DNA of 62,987 nucleotides, filler included, from Folioceros fuciformis (GCA_049999805.1; 4 parts of 4 records of this genome joined end to end with filler, not necessarily neighbours in it); one strand, 5' to 3'; shown: positions 24,281-37,681, counted from the first letter of the whole stretch. The notes: generated by a model from the letters alone, not told the origin. Made by a program: numbers and translations.

Positions 24281-24380
24281 NNNNNNNNNNNNNNNNNNNN
24301 NNNNNNNNNNNNNNNNNNNNNNNNTTAATTAATTAANNNNNNNNNNNNNNNNNNNNNNNNNNNNNNNNNNNNNNNNNNNN
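24281..24380. other. Artificial scaffold spacer (N44-TTAATTAATTAA-N44)
   Basis: Six-frame-stop linker centred in a 100-bp N run. Confidence 0.95.
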
Positions 24381-24923
24381 CGATGTAAGATGCAGAAACA
24401 AACCCTACTCTACCTACCAGAGAAGGACGGCGAAGGGAAGCATTCCCACACACCCACTCTCCCCAAGAAGGTCTACTTGCAGATGGAGGGAGGCCCTCGC
24501 TGGAGTTCCCCTCCCTGCGAGCGATTTCGAAGTCGACGACGGTGAGGCCGACGTTGAGGGGTCAGATTGGATATGCGATCCCTGGAGAGTGGCCAAGAGC
24601 TGGAAGAAGAGGAGGAATTGGGTGCGGGTGGAATGAGCGGGACGGACGAAAGCAATCAAGTGCATCGGGCGCAGCGAACCCCGTCAAATCCCATCGAGGG
24701 CCCCACCACGACGACTTGCCCTGCCCACCTAATTCAGGTACCCCCGCTTTAATTGCGCACCCAACCGAGGCTGACGTGTGCGGAAGAAGGAAGCAGCGCC
24801 CCTGGGAGAGCTCAGTGGAAGAACGAACTCCACCACGCAAGAGCGTGAGGCCCGAGGGAGAAGCGCAGCGGGAGGGGACCGAAGCGTCCCCAATAGAGTT
24901 GGGTAGTTAGGATCAGACGTGGT

Positions 24924-25778
24924 AGAGGGGGTAGTTTAAGCGTTTAAAGACACCGTTTAATGCGCTTAAGCGTTGTGGCAGGTGAGAGACCATCAATGGC
25001 TGCCTACCCGACCAACCATCCCAACCGATAGTAACCAGGAACTCTATAAGAGTCATAGGGCTCAAGAGATAAAGTGGTCGTTCCCCGTTTTTCACCAAGC
25101 CTGAGCACACTTGTTCGTGTTCCAACGAGTGCGCTCCTGCCGGCTGCGTCGTCTGCAGTGTCTGGTAGCTTGGTGGGGATCGTGACGGCCCAGACGCCTG
25201 GATGTGAGGTGCCGTGTTTCGCACACACGCCTGCGGTGTCCAACCTGGGTGAGTTTGTCGAGAAGGGCCCGGGTCTTTGACTCAGCGCGAGCTGACTGGA
25301 GATCTTCGCTACCACCGCATCAATGGTCCTCCTCGTGAACGAAGTCAGGTAACCACTCCCCTGACGAAGGAAGAATGAAGGAGTTGCATAGGTAGGTATG
25401 GAGTAGAGGAGTTGAGGGAGTTGAGTTGAGAAGGGAAGGTTGGTTTGGGAGAATTAGATCGAGGAGAAGAAGAGACGAGAGCAAGAGAGGAAGTGTTGGG
25501 CTGGACACAAGGAAGTAACCGGGGAAGAGAGTGAGGAACGTGGGTGTCCTACCGGAGTGAGTTGCCCACAGCAGAGGCATAGTTGGGAGGCAGGAGGAGT
25601 ATTCAGGCTCGCGAGGATCGTGGTAGAAGAGAGGTACGAGTAGAGTCGTTCACACCCAATTGGGGCAGGCCCTCCTTCGAGGGAATGAAACCTGCTACAC
25701 TACACTCAGCGGGATAGGTGTGGCCGCTAAAGGGAAGCCCCTGGGTGTCCCAGGGTTTTTTCCACCACACCACCTACA
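24924..25778 (+). mobile_element. Possible PPT and 3' LTR of an LTR retroelement
   Basis: Purine tract AGAGGGGGTAG after an ORF end, then T(T)TAAGCG.. with TATA-like ctataaga, ending ..CCTACA before Copia-like sequence. Boundaries are uncertain. Confidence 0.35.
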
Positions 25779-26211
25779 ACAAGTTTTTCTCCAACCAACA
25801 GTGCATTGCCCTGATTCTGATGGCGAAAATGATCTACCCACCTTGATTGGAGATGAGACTAGTGAAGAGGCTGCAGTTGCACCACATTTTGTTCAGGGTG
25901 CCTTCGATCTGAATGATGAACACTCAGAGTCCACTAGTTCTCTCAAAGATACTGATGAGGTAATTGAACTATCAGATGGTGAGTTCCCGATTGACCAAGC
26001 AATGGGAGTAGCTGCAAACGAGCGTGTTGTAGTCTCTGAGCCTAGATATCCTACACGGGAGAGGCATTCCCGTGAACACTTGACAGAACCACCTTATAAG
26101 GCAATTGATTTTAGACAAGGTTTTCAGGCTCATGTTGCAAACTTCACAGTACCTAAAGTTCGTCCGGATCCACAAACTTATGACAAGGCTATTAATGGCC
26201 CTGATAGTTAG
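25779..26211 (+). pseudogene. Copia integrase-RT linker fragment
   Basis: PRYPTRER...PDPQTYDKAINGPDS motif. Confidence 0.6.
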
Positions 26212-26695
26212 AAGAGATAGCAGTCCACTTGAGTTATGTAACCCTAGGTCATGTTAGCTTAGCAAAGTAATTGTTAGGTTAATAATCTAGGCTAGTGAAT
26301 GGACACACCCTTTGGGGTGATGCCCATACAAGGACAACTAAGTGTACATCTAAATCATTCTTCTTAATTAAAACTTTATGTTTGAAGACACGCTTCCGCA
26401 TGTAGTCTTCCAACTTGGTATCAAAGCTTAAGGCTCATCTCCATGGTTTCTCGGCATTTTGGTTAGATCATGGAATAGTTCATACACTTACATGTGTGAA
26501 TTAGTATTATGTAAAAATATAAATAAAAAAAACAATTTTTGTTTGGTTTTTTACTACTTAAGGGGTATAGGCAAATGGCTTTTAAAGGAGAAAGCTAGGA
26601 ACATGGAGCCCTAAAAGCTTCTTTTCTCTTCAACGCTTTTTCTAGAAGCCATCCATTGCAAGTCTCCCTTCCACCACAAAATTCCCAATTCACAG

Positions 26696-28146
26696 ATGGG
26701 AAGGTATCATCGTCGCTCTCAAGCTTCAGCAAGACGAAGTGTTGAAGATCGGGTTCAAACTCATGGTCGTACGCATCGCAGTAGCAATGATAGGAGGACA
26801 GGGCGTTCTTACTCACCGAGAACACAACGTCTTCTCGGCAATAGGTGGTTGGATGCTCTCTTCCACACTTTGCAAGATCAAGGCTGGACTCCACCGATAG
26901 AAAGCCACCCTGGCAACACCAATTTGATGTCAGGTCATTCAAGATCTTTCTCTAATCGTCAGCAGAGAAGATCAAGTGCCCGAACTAGGAGAGATGGCAC
27001 TAATGAAATAGTTGCTTCCCACTCAAGCCTGAGTTCGGCACTTCGTGAAGGCACTCCACAACCCCGTGAAGGATATCGTACAACAACGCGCCAAAGCATG
27101 TCACCTGCAAGAGATCAGCCACCGAATGTCGAGGAATGGGGAGAAAGTGACGAAGAATTGTTGATCATCTCTCCATCATTTCGGCAAGTGAATAATCAAA
27201 GGAGGTGCCAGGCAACATCTACACATACAGGTGCCCCATTTGGTGGCTCCTCTCCTCAAATTGTCTCTAAATTTAATGCAAAGCCAAAAGAGTTGGTAAC
27301 TGGTTTCGTGGTGCAGGATCAGGACAACGCTGTCCAATTTTTGTTGAACAATCCAGGGCTAAGATCGCCCATCCAGGACGCCCAGGTGCATGGTGGAGGC
27401 GCGCCCAATTGCACATCAGCCGCCCAGATCGGGAAGGGCGAGCCGGAGCGCAGAGTGGGTGCGCTGGATCGTGGAGCAGGCGCGGCCGTAAACACACGGG
27501 GCGCGCTCGTCGAAGGGGGAGGCGTGCCCCCGTGCAGGGGGGGGGACGCTAAGCGGTAAAACCGCCCCCACCCCTTCGTCCGGTCGCCCTGAAGGACGAA
27601 CCTGTACAACGGGTATCCAACTTAAGTTGGATATCGGCTCTTAACGGACCGATACCCAACTTAAGTTGGATACCGGGTGGTGGAGGGGTACCCGTTCAAC
27701 GAACGGGTGTGACCCCCGATTATTTTATCGAGGCCTCTAATTCTGCAATATTTTCTGCTAATAATTCCTTTTCGGGTGATTCTAAAGTCGAATTTCCTGG
27801 TGATAATCGTGGCGCTCCTCCCCAACCACGACGGTTCCTAGCTATGCGATGTGTACCACCTGAGCACGATTTCCAAGTCAACACCTCAATCTTGACACCG
27901 GCTTTAGTAGCTGTTAAGGAGGAAATCAAATCTCCTGCACACGGCTTTGAGGCCCTGGAAGCTGCTTATATTGAGATCAAGTACAACGAGGCCCTATCTC
28001 AAACTTCCACCCTGGAACAACGCTCTCAACACTATCTAAAGCGTTGGGAGTCCATAACCAATTTGGTGAATGATGTGGAAACTGTCTGCAAACTCGAATC
28101 CGGCACCGAATGGGAGACAGCTCTGGACAGCAATCACTTGCTTTAG
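26696..28146 (+). pseudogene. Extra pre-gag ORF of Copia 2 (326 aa when reconstructed), split by a 464-bp insertion
   Basis: Removing 27271-27740 fuses ..PQIVS to NSAIFSANN.. in frame (981 nt); Arg-rich N-terminus, helical C-terminus. Confidence 0.6.
27271..27734. mobile_element. Unclassified 464-bp GC-rich, hairpin-dense insertion flanked by CTCTAA direct repeats
   Basis: CTCTAA at 27265-27270 and 27735-27740; multiple inverted repeats in 27550-27730. Confidence 0.7.
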
Positions 28147-28798
28147 CTACCAAATTGTGGTCCATAGGTGGTTGATATGACATTTACAATATTTTCCTTG
28201 ATATAATCTTCTACTTTGGTGTTATTCTAAGCCTTGTGTTATAACACATTACTTGCCTAACTCTCTGTTGAAGATTAAACCACAAGAATGTCAGGGACAA
28301 GTACTCCAATGTCCTCAATCCCTCCATCTATGGCACCGGTGATCAATGTCATGAATGTTTCTGCTGACTTCAAAGAAAAAGATGGTTCAATGGGACCAAG
28401 TATGAAGTTTGGTCTCGTCGGATGAAGGCGGCGTTGAATACGCGCGATCTTCTTCCACTTGTGGAAGGAACTTCACCCAAGCCTTTGGCACCATAGTCGA
28501 CTGTCGAAGCTTGGTTAAAACTTGATCGTCAAGCCATGCATATGTTAATATCTGGCCTTGATGAGACTATGTTACACCATACTGATGGTGCAACTACAGT
28601 AGTAGAAGCTTGGAAACAAATAAATGACATTTATCAATCCACCAACGTTATGACATTGGTCACCGTACGACAAGAGTTTTATACTCTTCGTATGCAGCCA
28701 GGCGATAGTATTGCCCACCATGTGAGTCGTTTTTGGTACCTCCGAGCACAGTTGGCTTCACTAGGCACTACTATATCAGAGTTCGATGCTGCTGTACA

Positions 28799-28898
28799 NN
28801 NNNNNNNNNNNNNNNNNNNNNNNNNNNNNNNNNNNNNNNNNNTTAATTAATTAANNNNNNNNNNNNNNNNNNNNNNNNNNNNNNNNNNNNNNNNNNNN
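28799..28898. other. Artificial scaffold spacer
   Basis: N-run with a central TTAATTAATTAA. Confidence 0.95.
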
Positions 28899-29141
28899 CT
28901 TCTTGGCCACCAGCCCTTCGAAAACCGCAGAACTGGTGTCTTTCTCGTCTTCCGCCTCCGGGATCTCCTCCTCCAGAAGCCTCTGCCCCAAGTGCTTGGT
29001 CCTCTTTGGCTTGCTTGCCTGCTCAAGCCTCAGAGCCTCCTCCAGCTGCCTCTCGTGCTCCACTCGTTGCTTCTCAAGGAGTTTGAAGCGCTTGCGAGGC
29101 GGGACTGCGTACAGCCTCCTTTCAAACTCATCCTCTTGCAT
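28899..29141 (-). CDS. 5' end of a probable plant Jade-1-like PHD protein, truncated by the gap
   Basis: MQEDEFERRLYAVPPRKRFKLL...GLVAKK resembles the recalled LPPLKRLRLL...LPAKKR N-terminus of plant Jade-like PHD proteins; the PHD itself is not visible. Confidence 0.45.
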
Positions 29142-29841
29142 TTCGATTGCCGGTATGTACCCCAAGATTGGTCAACAGAGCTATGCGAGACCGTCTACCT
29201 ATTCAGCTATCCACTCACAGTACGCCGCAATTCAGCAACTCTCCACAATCAAGCAATGTGGTTCTTGGTGCATGTCAAATTCCAGCTGAAACGAACTTGC
29301 TGCCCATGCACTTCACGAATCCCAGAGTCAGACCCGACAGCAACTCCAGAACAGAAAATACAGACATCGACAGCTGCCAAATTCGAATGTCGCAGAAGCC
29401 TCATGTAGCACGACGGCAGCAGTGCTAAACGGGCAGAGGGAGGAAGTGGGATTTGAGCCCTTCCGAGGTAGAGGCTTGCAGAGTTTCGAAATGCTCTCTT
29501 TGAACAGACCTGGCGGGAACAAGGTTCAACCGGTGGCGCGCGAGACAAACCCATGCTTCAATTGTCTGAGTTAAGCCACAAAAAAAAACCTCGGGCAAAC
29601 GAGAAATTGATTTTACACATTTGCACAATATCGAGTCTCAGCCTGCTCGACATAAATGGGATGAATGACATCTAGCTTAAATGTCTCTTCCATTTCAGCC
29701 TTGTGTTCTCCCGTAACACTACCTTCGTCGCCACGAAGTAGTGCATGTATGAAAACACTGGGCTGTTCATGGGAATGCGGGAACTGGAGGGCCGCTGCTG
29801 TCAGGCTAGCACCTGCAAAATTTTGGTGGTTGCACCCACTC

Positions 29842-32800
29842 TCAAATGCTCCTGTATCTATTTACATAGGCCAGAAAGCCAGAAGGTCGCGGGGCGGACC
29901 GCACCCTGGTTGACCTCCGTAAAGCAGCCTCTTCGACAGCTAGTCTAGCTGCCTGCTCCTTCGCTCTCTTCTGAAACGCAGTGCTGCGACCAAATAGACT
30001 TAACCCGGTTCAGATTGAGCACATCGAAAGAACCATATTCATGTGCAGAACTCAGGAAACTAAGAGTACCATATTTTGGCATAGTACGTCTCCAGTTGCT
30101 GCTGTAGGGCCGTCTCTCTAACTCCCTTGACATTGAGCCACCCTAGTAACGCATCAAGCTGGCAAGGAGACCCACAACAGACATTTAAAACACCATATTT
30201 TCAGAAAGTGACGACTTGGAGAGCAGAAAACTTGCTTACCTCATCTTTCCCACAATAATAACCCCACGCGTCGGAGTCTTTACTCTCCACAAACACACGA
30301 CCCTCTTTGCTGAAGAACCAGTAACGATTATGGTCACGATCCTTGCCAAGAGGAGAAGTACGGATGGAGCGTTTGTCGAACTCAGAGCCTTCTTTCTGCG
30401 CATCTCACGCAAAACGCAACCTCAAACAAGTGATACATGGCTTGTATACCAAGAAGTCACAAGAAGGCATTGACTACATTCACACAGCATCGTTGCTTAT
30501 CAAAGGAACAAGCTGCCCCCGAGGTTGTTGCTTTATCCTACCCGCATTTGCTTCTCAGCAAGTTTTTGCTCTTGAAGTTTACGCTCCGCTAGTGCCTCTG
30601 CTTGCTCTCTCCTCTTCTCCTGCGACCTTTTCTGTTCTTGGAGTAATCTCTTCTGCCTCTCATTCTCTTCCGCAATTCGCTTGTCTACCTTCAATTTCAC
30701 AATAGCATGTCTCGACTTGCTTGACGACATGGCTATGTCCGGCATGACATCCCTACAGGCGTTCAACAGTTGGTAGGAGGTCTGGGACCACATGATTGAC
30801 AGATCTGTACACATGTAACTATGACAGTACTTCCTCAACCAACAGGAAAGACACAAAGGTAACTGTAAAAGTGCTACTTACTCCACAACCTCGGGACTTG
30901 GCGATGGGGTGACTTCTAGAACTTTTCCATTTGGCTTTCGTTTTCTCTTACTCTGCCAACCTGTAGGCTTCTCAGCTTCATCCGAAGTCTCCACCGATCC
31001 ATTTGCCTCATTCCCCACTATACCATCTTGCTCCCCGCTGTCAAGTTGACCATTCACCTTATGCTCATCGATACCATCGTCAGAGCATTCCACAGGTGCT
31101 TGTTTGGATTTGTGCTGTTCCTCTTTGTTCTTCTTACCTTCACCCTGGTCCTTCTTGCGGATCACAACCAACTGTTGCTCCTCTACGTAGGAATCTAATT
31201 GAGCTCTTATGGTGCTGGTACAGATGGCTCGGTTTACCAATTCTTGTAGAATTTCCAGCTTAGACCTGGACTTGAGTTGCTTGTAGGAATCCTCCAGGAT
31301 TTCTTCAGCATGGCAACGAAGTGATTCTGAACCAACCACTTTGATGACATCGCAAACATCCTCCTTCCAGGTATTCAGGGTCGGCTGCATTGTCAGAAAC
31401 TTTTATCGTCAGCAAAAATGCATACGTCAGTGACATTATCTTCCACCAGGAAGCCCAAAAAACAAGCAACAACAAAATCTCAAAAGTCAACACAAAACTT
31501 GCAGCAGCAGCAGCAACGTATTTATATACTCCAGACCAGTTATCTTGCTCAAAAGGTGGATCGAAAAAGAAGAGTTACAAACAGCATGCTCGTACTTCAG
31601 CTTTCCTCTTCCGTTTCGCTTTGGCAATCTCCTCGCGTAGACTGGGATCACTGTAAGCTGCTCGGAGCAATGCAAAATGTATCTCCGCTAGCAGTGAAGC
31701 TTCTCCTTCTCGATACTCAAGAGCTTTCTCAAATTCATCAAGTGAGAATGGCGACAACGCCAGAGGTTTTGCAAATGACACACAGAAGTCCCAAACCATC
31801 AAAAGGTCACCAATGCACTCCACTGGCAGGATGAAATCTGAAGATGGGGTAGGACGCTCTGTGAAGGTAGGATCCTCGGGTGATGGCTTGATTAAAGTGT
31901 CCTCTATTGGATAGATTACTAGTGCTCCTTTCGAGCTCTGTGGTTCAGCTGGACAAATACGGAAAATGCAGATACATCAGAGCAGGTGCCACAAGGCTAA
32001 TACCATATCAATGGACTATGAAACCAGACAACTTGAAAATCTTGGAGCATATGAGTCACAGTGCAGACCTCTTGTTTGATCGTCCTCCCTTTTCCTACGC
32101 TTCCTGGTATTGTGAACCCCATTTTCACTCTCCTCAACCTGACAGCACACAGGCGTGGACGATCAGGATTTAGAAGTGCCCAAGCTGTTTCTCTCACGAA
32201 AGGTCTTCCACAATCGCAATGGAGAACATGATGCATGTACCAGCGATTCACCTTGATCCTCTTGCTTCGGTCAGTTCGCTGGCGTGGTTCATCTCCATTT
32301 TCATCGCCCTCAGATTCTTCAGGAGGTTCCAAGGGGATTTTGAATCTCCGTGTCAGCTTTTCTTGAACAGACCAAGGTGCATGCCTTGTGGCAGCACAAG
32401 TGGCTGACTCCTTTATGAATGCCTTCAATAGGGCTCTCGTAAAGGGGGGCTTCCTCCGCATCAGGTTTGCACAATTCTCAATGGTGGTGTCTCCCCGCTT
32501 GCCATCCCCCTCTGCCCAAGTAACTTCATATTGAGGGCTGTCATTTCCAACTTGTGACAATACCCGTACTATCCTACAGTGAAATTGATAATCACCACGA
32601 ATCCCCAGCACTTCCTCCCCTGCGACATACCGGTCTTTGAATGCTTTGTAAATTCTATCTACAAGTTCCTCTATCCTAAGCACGCCTGCACGGGATCAAA
32701 GCAGAGGGATTGTCAGCTATGGTGACGGAAGAATGGCTCAATCAGCTGCACCCAAGAGACAATCAAACAAATAGGACGTAGTCCAGTGTTAAGCCACAGA

Positions 32801-33399
32801 GCCACTTACTAAATTGCACCATGTGCAGAACAGGTCCCATAAACTCCTTGGGGAATTGAAGAACTTTTTCCGTGGCTTTGCGCTCTGAAACTAGGGCTTC
32901 CTCGTAAGTGAGGTTGGTCTTCCCTGACACTTTACACGTCCATAGTCGTTGGCGATACAGATTCATGCAATTGAGATACTCCCTGCACCAAAACGTGGTC
33001 AAGGAGAAACAGTAGAACAATGGAGAGTCGACGAGAAACGTCCGACTTGAACACGACCGCGTGCTGGTGTCTAGTCAGTCTGACAGCAAAGACGACATTC
33101 GTAACGCTGACATGGGTGAGCTACATTGCCCTCTCACAACATGTACAAAGGTGCAGGCCCCCGAGAGAAGACAAGCAAAGCACTCCCTCACGTATCCGAC
33201 ATGATGACACTCCCACTGGCGACAGCCGTACCAAAATCCAGCAAGGTTGCAGCTAGCAACAACAAGACGGGGAGCCGGCAGGATACTGATAGTCTCTGAA
33301 GACCTCTTTGGTGAATCGGACCTGATACAAGAGCTCATCCGGCTTCAAATCTTCGGGCCATGTCTTGATCTCGTAAGGAGTTCGCTTCAAGAGAGGCAT
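29842..33399 (-). CDS. WAC (Acf1 DNA-binding)-DDT-WHIM/WSD domain protein, ISWI partner type, multi-exon
   Basis: MPLLKRTPY..VRFTKEVFRDY|EYLNCMNLYRQRLWTCKVSGKTNLTYEEAL; IGDLLMVWDFCVSFAKPLALSPFSLDEFE (DDT); PLGKDRDHNRYWFF; LNVKGVRE; LRRSTRVR..YVNRYRSI*. Confidence 0.92.
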
Positions 33400-35789
33400 G
33401 GCAGTAGAAACGGGCACTCGAGCGCGAGCCCCCGGGAACAGAGACCCTAGCTGAGGAATAAATATGGCAGCATCTCCGAGCAGGTGAATTCCACACGCCG
33501 GGCTCGGGCGTCCGGTCTGTCCAAGAGCTCGAATTCACCAGGGCGCAGCACCGCAATCCCCGGGCCAGGCAGCCCCGCAGCAGCAATAAATAAGCGCCAC
33601 ACGGTCCCGCAAACGCTCCGCTCGCGGCCTCAGCAGCCGTGCCATAAAAGCGCTCCACATAATTCTCCGACACGCCACGGATCCCCCTTCCAATTGCTCA
33701 TCCGAACGAGCCTGCTCCGGCACCCGAGGCGAATCTTGCTAACTCCTTGAGGCACAGCAGAAAAGAAAAATCCCAAGGCCGAGCCCCGCAACGCAGAGGC
33801 GTGCCGTGTCCGCCAGTAATCATGCAGTCTCCAGTCCAATGATCCAGGCTGAGCAACTGGCTCGCAGTGGAGTAGGATCTATTCAGCCACCAGTGACCAC
33901 CAAGACGATAACTGTCCAGACTAGTCCAGCTATGAGATCCTACGATCTGCAGCAAGGCCCGGGCCTGGTGCACCACCTGGCCGCAGCGCCAAGGCAATTG
34001 CGAAGCTGGCGCGAATGGAGCAGTTTCAGTGTGGCAGACATTAGGGTCCCGTGCATCACAAACATTTGATGCCGGAACGAGGCCTAAGCAGCAGCAGGGC
34101 GCGGCAGTACCCGAATACACTTCCCAATCCGGTCCCGGGCCTGCAGTGACCACATTTCCCCGCTGCGCCCACCTGCTGGACCTCGCCCTCACCGCAATTT
34201 CTTCTCGCTTGCGCGCGCTCGCAATGCGTGGCGTCCTGCTGGAATTTGGCAATGGGCTCGCGTACGCGTTGGGCGTTCGCGCTCGCTCTCCCTCTCGGCT
34301 TTTGTTTTCGGCTCTCGCTTGCTCTTCGTATGCCCGGCCTCGGCCCCGGCCCGCCTCGGCTGCCGGGTACAACCCCGGGTTACTCCACAACAGGTAAGCC
34401 GCCCGCTGCGGGTTACCTTCACCCCGGCTGCCCGAACGAGAACACCTTTCTTTGCCAACGTCAAAAACTCCTGGCACCCGTCAAATCTCACTCTAGAGCT
34501 CTAACAGTTACTTCAAGCACGCGGCTGTTAAGCATGATGAGCTTAGGATATCCGTACCTAGAGTGCGTTGCCCTAGCGAGCGATGCCCTTATTGTACCGA
34601 GCTCCCTAAGTTCCAATGAAGATCTTCAACTAGAATGAATTTCTGTTCGTTAAGTTCCCTTTCAGAGGGATTAAGTGACCATCGACTTCTAAAATGCAAG
34701 TTGATATTTATTATAAAAAAAAAAAATCATCCACCTCACAAGAAAGAAGACTAGCCTAGCCTAAGGCCACCATGTATAAAGCTAATGACGATACCTAGTA
34801 TATGATGATCTAGAAATTGAAAGGATCTATCTACTATCGGAATCATTCCCTCCTCTATGTTATGCTTATTGTGTCATTTTGTACATAATGTTTACTAGTA
34901 TCTTTGTAGAGCGATGGAGCCAAGTTATCAAAAACCATTGTTGTATGAGACATAAAGGGAGACCAACCAATTGCTTCCTTTCTTTTGTAAGCCTTGGCTT
35001 TGATACATGTCTTAAGAAACTTGGAGAATGTCTTACTCCATGGATCTAGAGACGAGAAGTGTTGTTGCCTCTTAAAGAACTCGAAGATCGCCTTACTTTC
35101 CAAAAGTAGAGATGAAAAGTGCCAATTGGCGTTGCCTTAGAATGAATCATCTTAAGCTCAATCACCTCTATAAATATTGTTTTCTTTCTTATAGAGTAAA
35201 TTGGTTTCTGTTTTCATTATTTTTTTCAATATAATCTCATGTTGAAATATTTATAAAGTACATATGAGAGTGTTTTATTTAAAGAGATGGGAAATCCTTT
35301 CTACCCCAAAGAGGAGGAGGAAAAGACTTGTAGAGGGCTGAAAGCCAAAAGGGGGCTAGCCCTAGCAAATATTGGTCCTATAAGTACCCACAATCTATAA
35401 GGTGTATTATTGGAGATAGTGAAGGGTCTAACTGGAACTAGAGCCAACGATGATGCTGCTAGACATGCACTTGAAACCATGTAGTAAATCACTTGCACTT
35501 GTAGCCAACCTATAAATTGCATTTGGTAGACCCCTATATAGAGTGATGAAAACTCATGGCCAAACGAAGCTTACCATTGCAGAAAAGGGGAAGAAACCTA
35601 TTCTTTTGACCTTTGGCTTGCCCCTTTGGTCTTTCTTTGACCTCATGTCTATTAGGCCCTCATGTTTATCAGGCTAAGGCCCTCATGTCTATCAAGCCAA
35701 GGCCTCCCAAAGGTGATAGACATTGGGGGTGATAGACAAAGCTTCATGTTACTTGATCAAATCTTTGGCTATACATTTGAAAATATAAA

Positions 35790-35936
35790 GGCCTATGATG
35801 TCCTAATAAGCTTGCATAACTTGATCATCAAAATTCTTCAAACTTGATAAGACTNNNNNNNNNNAAGCTTGCATAACTTGATCATCAAAATTCTTCAAAC
35901 TTGATAAGACTATGATGTCCTCACAAGCTTGCATAA
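35790..35936. repeat. Short ~60-bp tandem repeat that forms the insertion site of the Sola-like element (continues at 43997-44033)
   Basis: aagcttgcataacttgatcatcaaaattcttcaaacttgataagac copies; the last copy is split at ATAA by the transposon. Confidence 0.75.
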
Positions 35937-36481
35937 AACACGACAAAGCTGCAAGGGTCTGAATAATGAAGGACACTTGTACATGCCGTGAAGTCTAATT
36001 TCCTAGATCTTAACCCTTCCAAAATGAGCTACATATTATTATGTGCAAAGGGTCACCACCTTGTGCACACCAACCTTTCTCAATTTTCTACTATTAAATC
36101 ACGCATACACGCCGATTGATGGTCAGGGCGTCGGCCGATTGATGGTCAGGGCGTCGGCTGACCGGCACCCTTTACTCCTTAATTGTTCAACAGTTGCATC
36201 TATGCTGTGCCCAATCAGCACAAAAACACTTAAACTAATAAACTCTAATGACCCTCATTCGCAAACACGGAGTCATACACTATAGCAACTCTTGTATGCC
36301 TTTGTTGGTCGTTTGTGTCGAAGTTTTCAATCTCTTCCAACTCCTTATCCACAAAATCACCGTCTTCCTTGGCCTCATCGGGAGCTTGCAGTGCTAGCCA
36401 AACCACCTCCTGTGGCATCTAACCTCCTTCCCCAGATGCACTGATAGGGCATTGAGCGCTCCATCGGTTGAAAGGCACAAC

Positions 36482-37500
36482 TTAGGCTTTCAAGCTGTTC
36501 GTGTCGCTAATGCAAACTTCCCTCGCCCAAAATTGCGACGGGCTCTTGCGATGCACGTCGAACGTTAGTTCCTCTTCCACATCAGGAAGAACCTCGTGGC
36601 CATTGATTCGTTGAGGTATGTAAGCCGCGCATGAAAAGTCCGCCTCAACTGCGATGCAATTTCTCCCCATCAATAGCCCTACCTGTGTCATTGTCCCGCT
36701 GCCTGAGCAAGTATCCACGACCCAATCTCCTCCCTTGAAGAACGCAAGCACAAGTTTCATCATAAGACCTAGCAGTTGCTGATACGAGCATACCACACGT
36801 TTATCGTGCGACAAATAGATTTGCTTCTTCGCAACCAAGTCATGGACTATGACAGATCTCCCTTTGTTGAATGGTGGATGGGATACTTCGGGAAGCATGA
36901 ATACTCTATCTTTTCCACTTCCCTCTTTTGCACCCCAAGCCATTGTGATGTACTCCACAGTCTCGTATCCCCCCTTGTCATTGGACACGTTCGCCTTGTC
37001 CCAAAGAAAGGAGGTCATGCCTCCAGCCCGACACCATTTCCGAAGGGCATGTCTAACTGTTTCCGAAGGGCATGTCCTCCACTCCATGCATAACAACCAA
37101 CCGATATTTGTCACAGGTCATCTTCTCAACAAAACTTTCCAACACTGTGCTTATCATGGGCTCATTGAAACACTTGTCCATAGGGCCCATGTCATAGCCA
37201 CTTGCCACATCCATAAAGAGGAGGGAGTATTTTCCTGGTCGAAGAAATCCTTTCATTTCCATAACACTCCTGCTCACCACTTGGTACTGTACTTGAGTAT
37301 CTACTCTGGGGATTGCGAAGGTGAACATTCCTTCTTGCAAATCCTTGTCTGCAAGAACCCATTGCTCTTCCTCCAGACCCTTCTAGTTGTTAACTTTGAA
37401 AATGAATTGTTGGAAAGCTTTCTGCAGGACTGACAAGTTGTCCAAATCTTTAAGTTGCTGCACATTATCAACAAATGACAACATGAATGTAAAGCCCTTG
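36482..37500 (-). pseudogene. Beta-class N4-cytosine/N6-adenine DNA methyltransferase domain (N6_N4_Mtase-like), frameshifted
   Basis: YSLLFMDVASGYD (degenerate motif IV), FLWDK, VEYITMAW, then YQQLLGLMMKLVLAFFKGGDWVVDTCSGSGTMTQVGLLMGRNCIAVEAD (motifs X-I-II), in beta-class order. Confidence 0.8.
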
Positions 37501-37681
37501 CGCTAGTGCCCGGTTAGAAATTCGAAAGGACGGGCTAAGGTTGCCGACCAGCCGGCGCCCTTACCCCACTGCCCTGTCACACACAACCTGGGCATAGGGT
37601 GCACCCAATTGAGGGCGCTAGCTAGTCGGCGCCCTCAGCCCAGCCTTCCCTGCCCATTAGTCGAACCTGTGGTATTGATGA

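Larger units (their letters stand above)
26252..28798 (+). mobile_element. Copia element 2, 5' part (short LTR, PBS, extra ORF, gag), truncated by a gap
   Basis: LTR-like TGTTAGCTT.. from ~26252; PBS TGGTATCAAAGC at 26416-26427; gag YEVWSRRMKAALN..AWKQINDIY..RQEFYTLRMQPGDSIAHHVSRF. Confidence 0.8.

Noticed and set aside
24325-24336. TTAATTAATTAA motif recurring three times (also 28843 and 58014)
   Set aside because: It is always centred in a 100-bp N run, so it is an assembly linker; adjacency across these points is not evidence of biological linkage.
33484-34638. Several overlapping 60-260 aa ORFs
   Set aside because: GC-rich promoter/5' UTR region of the DDT gene; low-complexity translations in all frames with no domain motifs.
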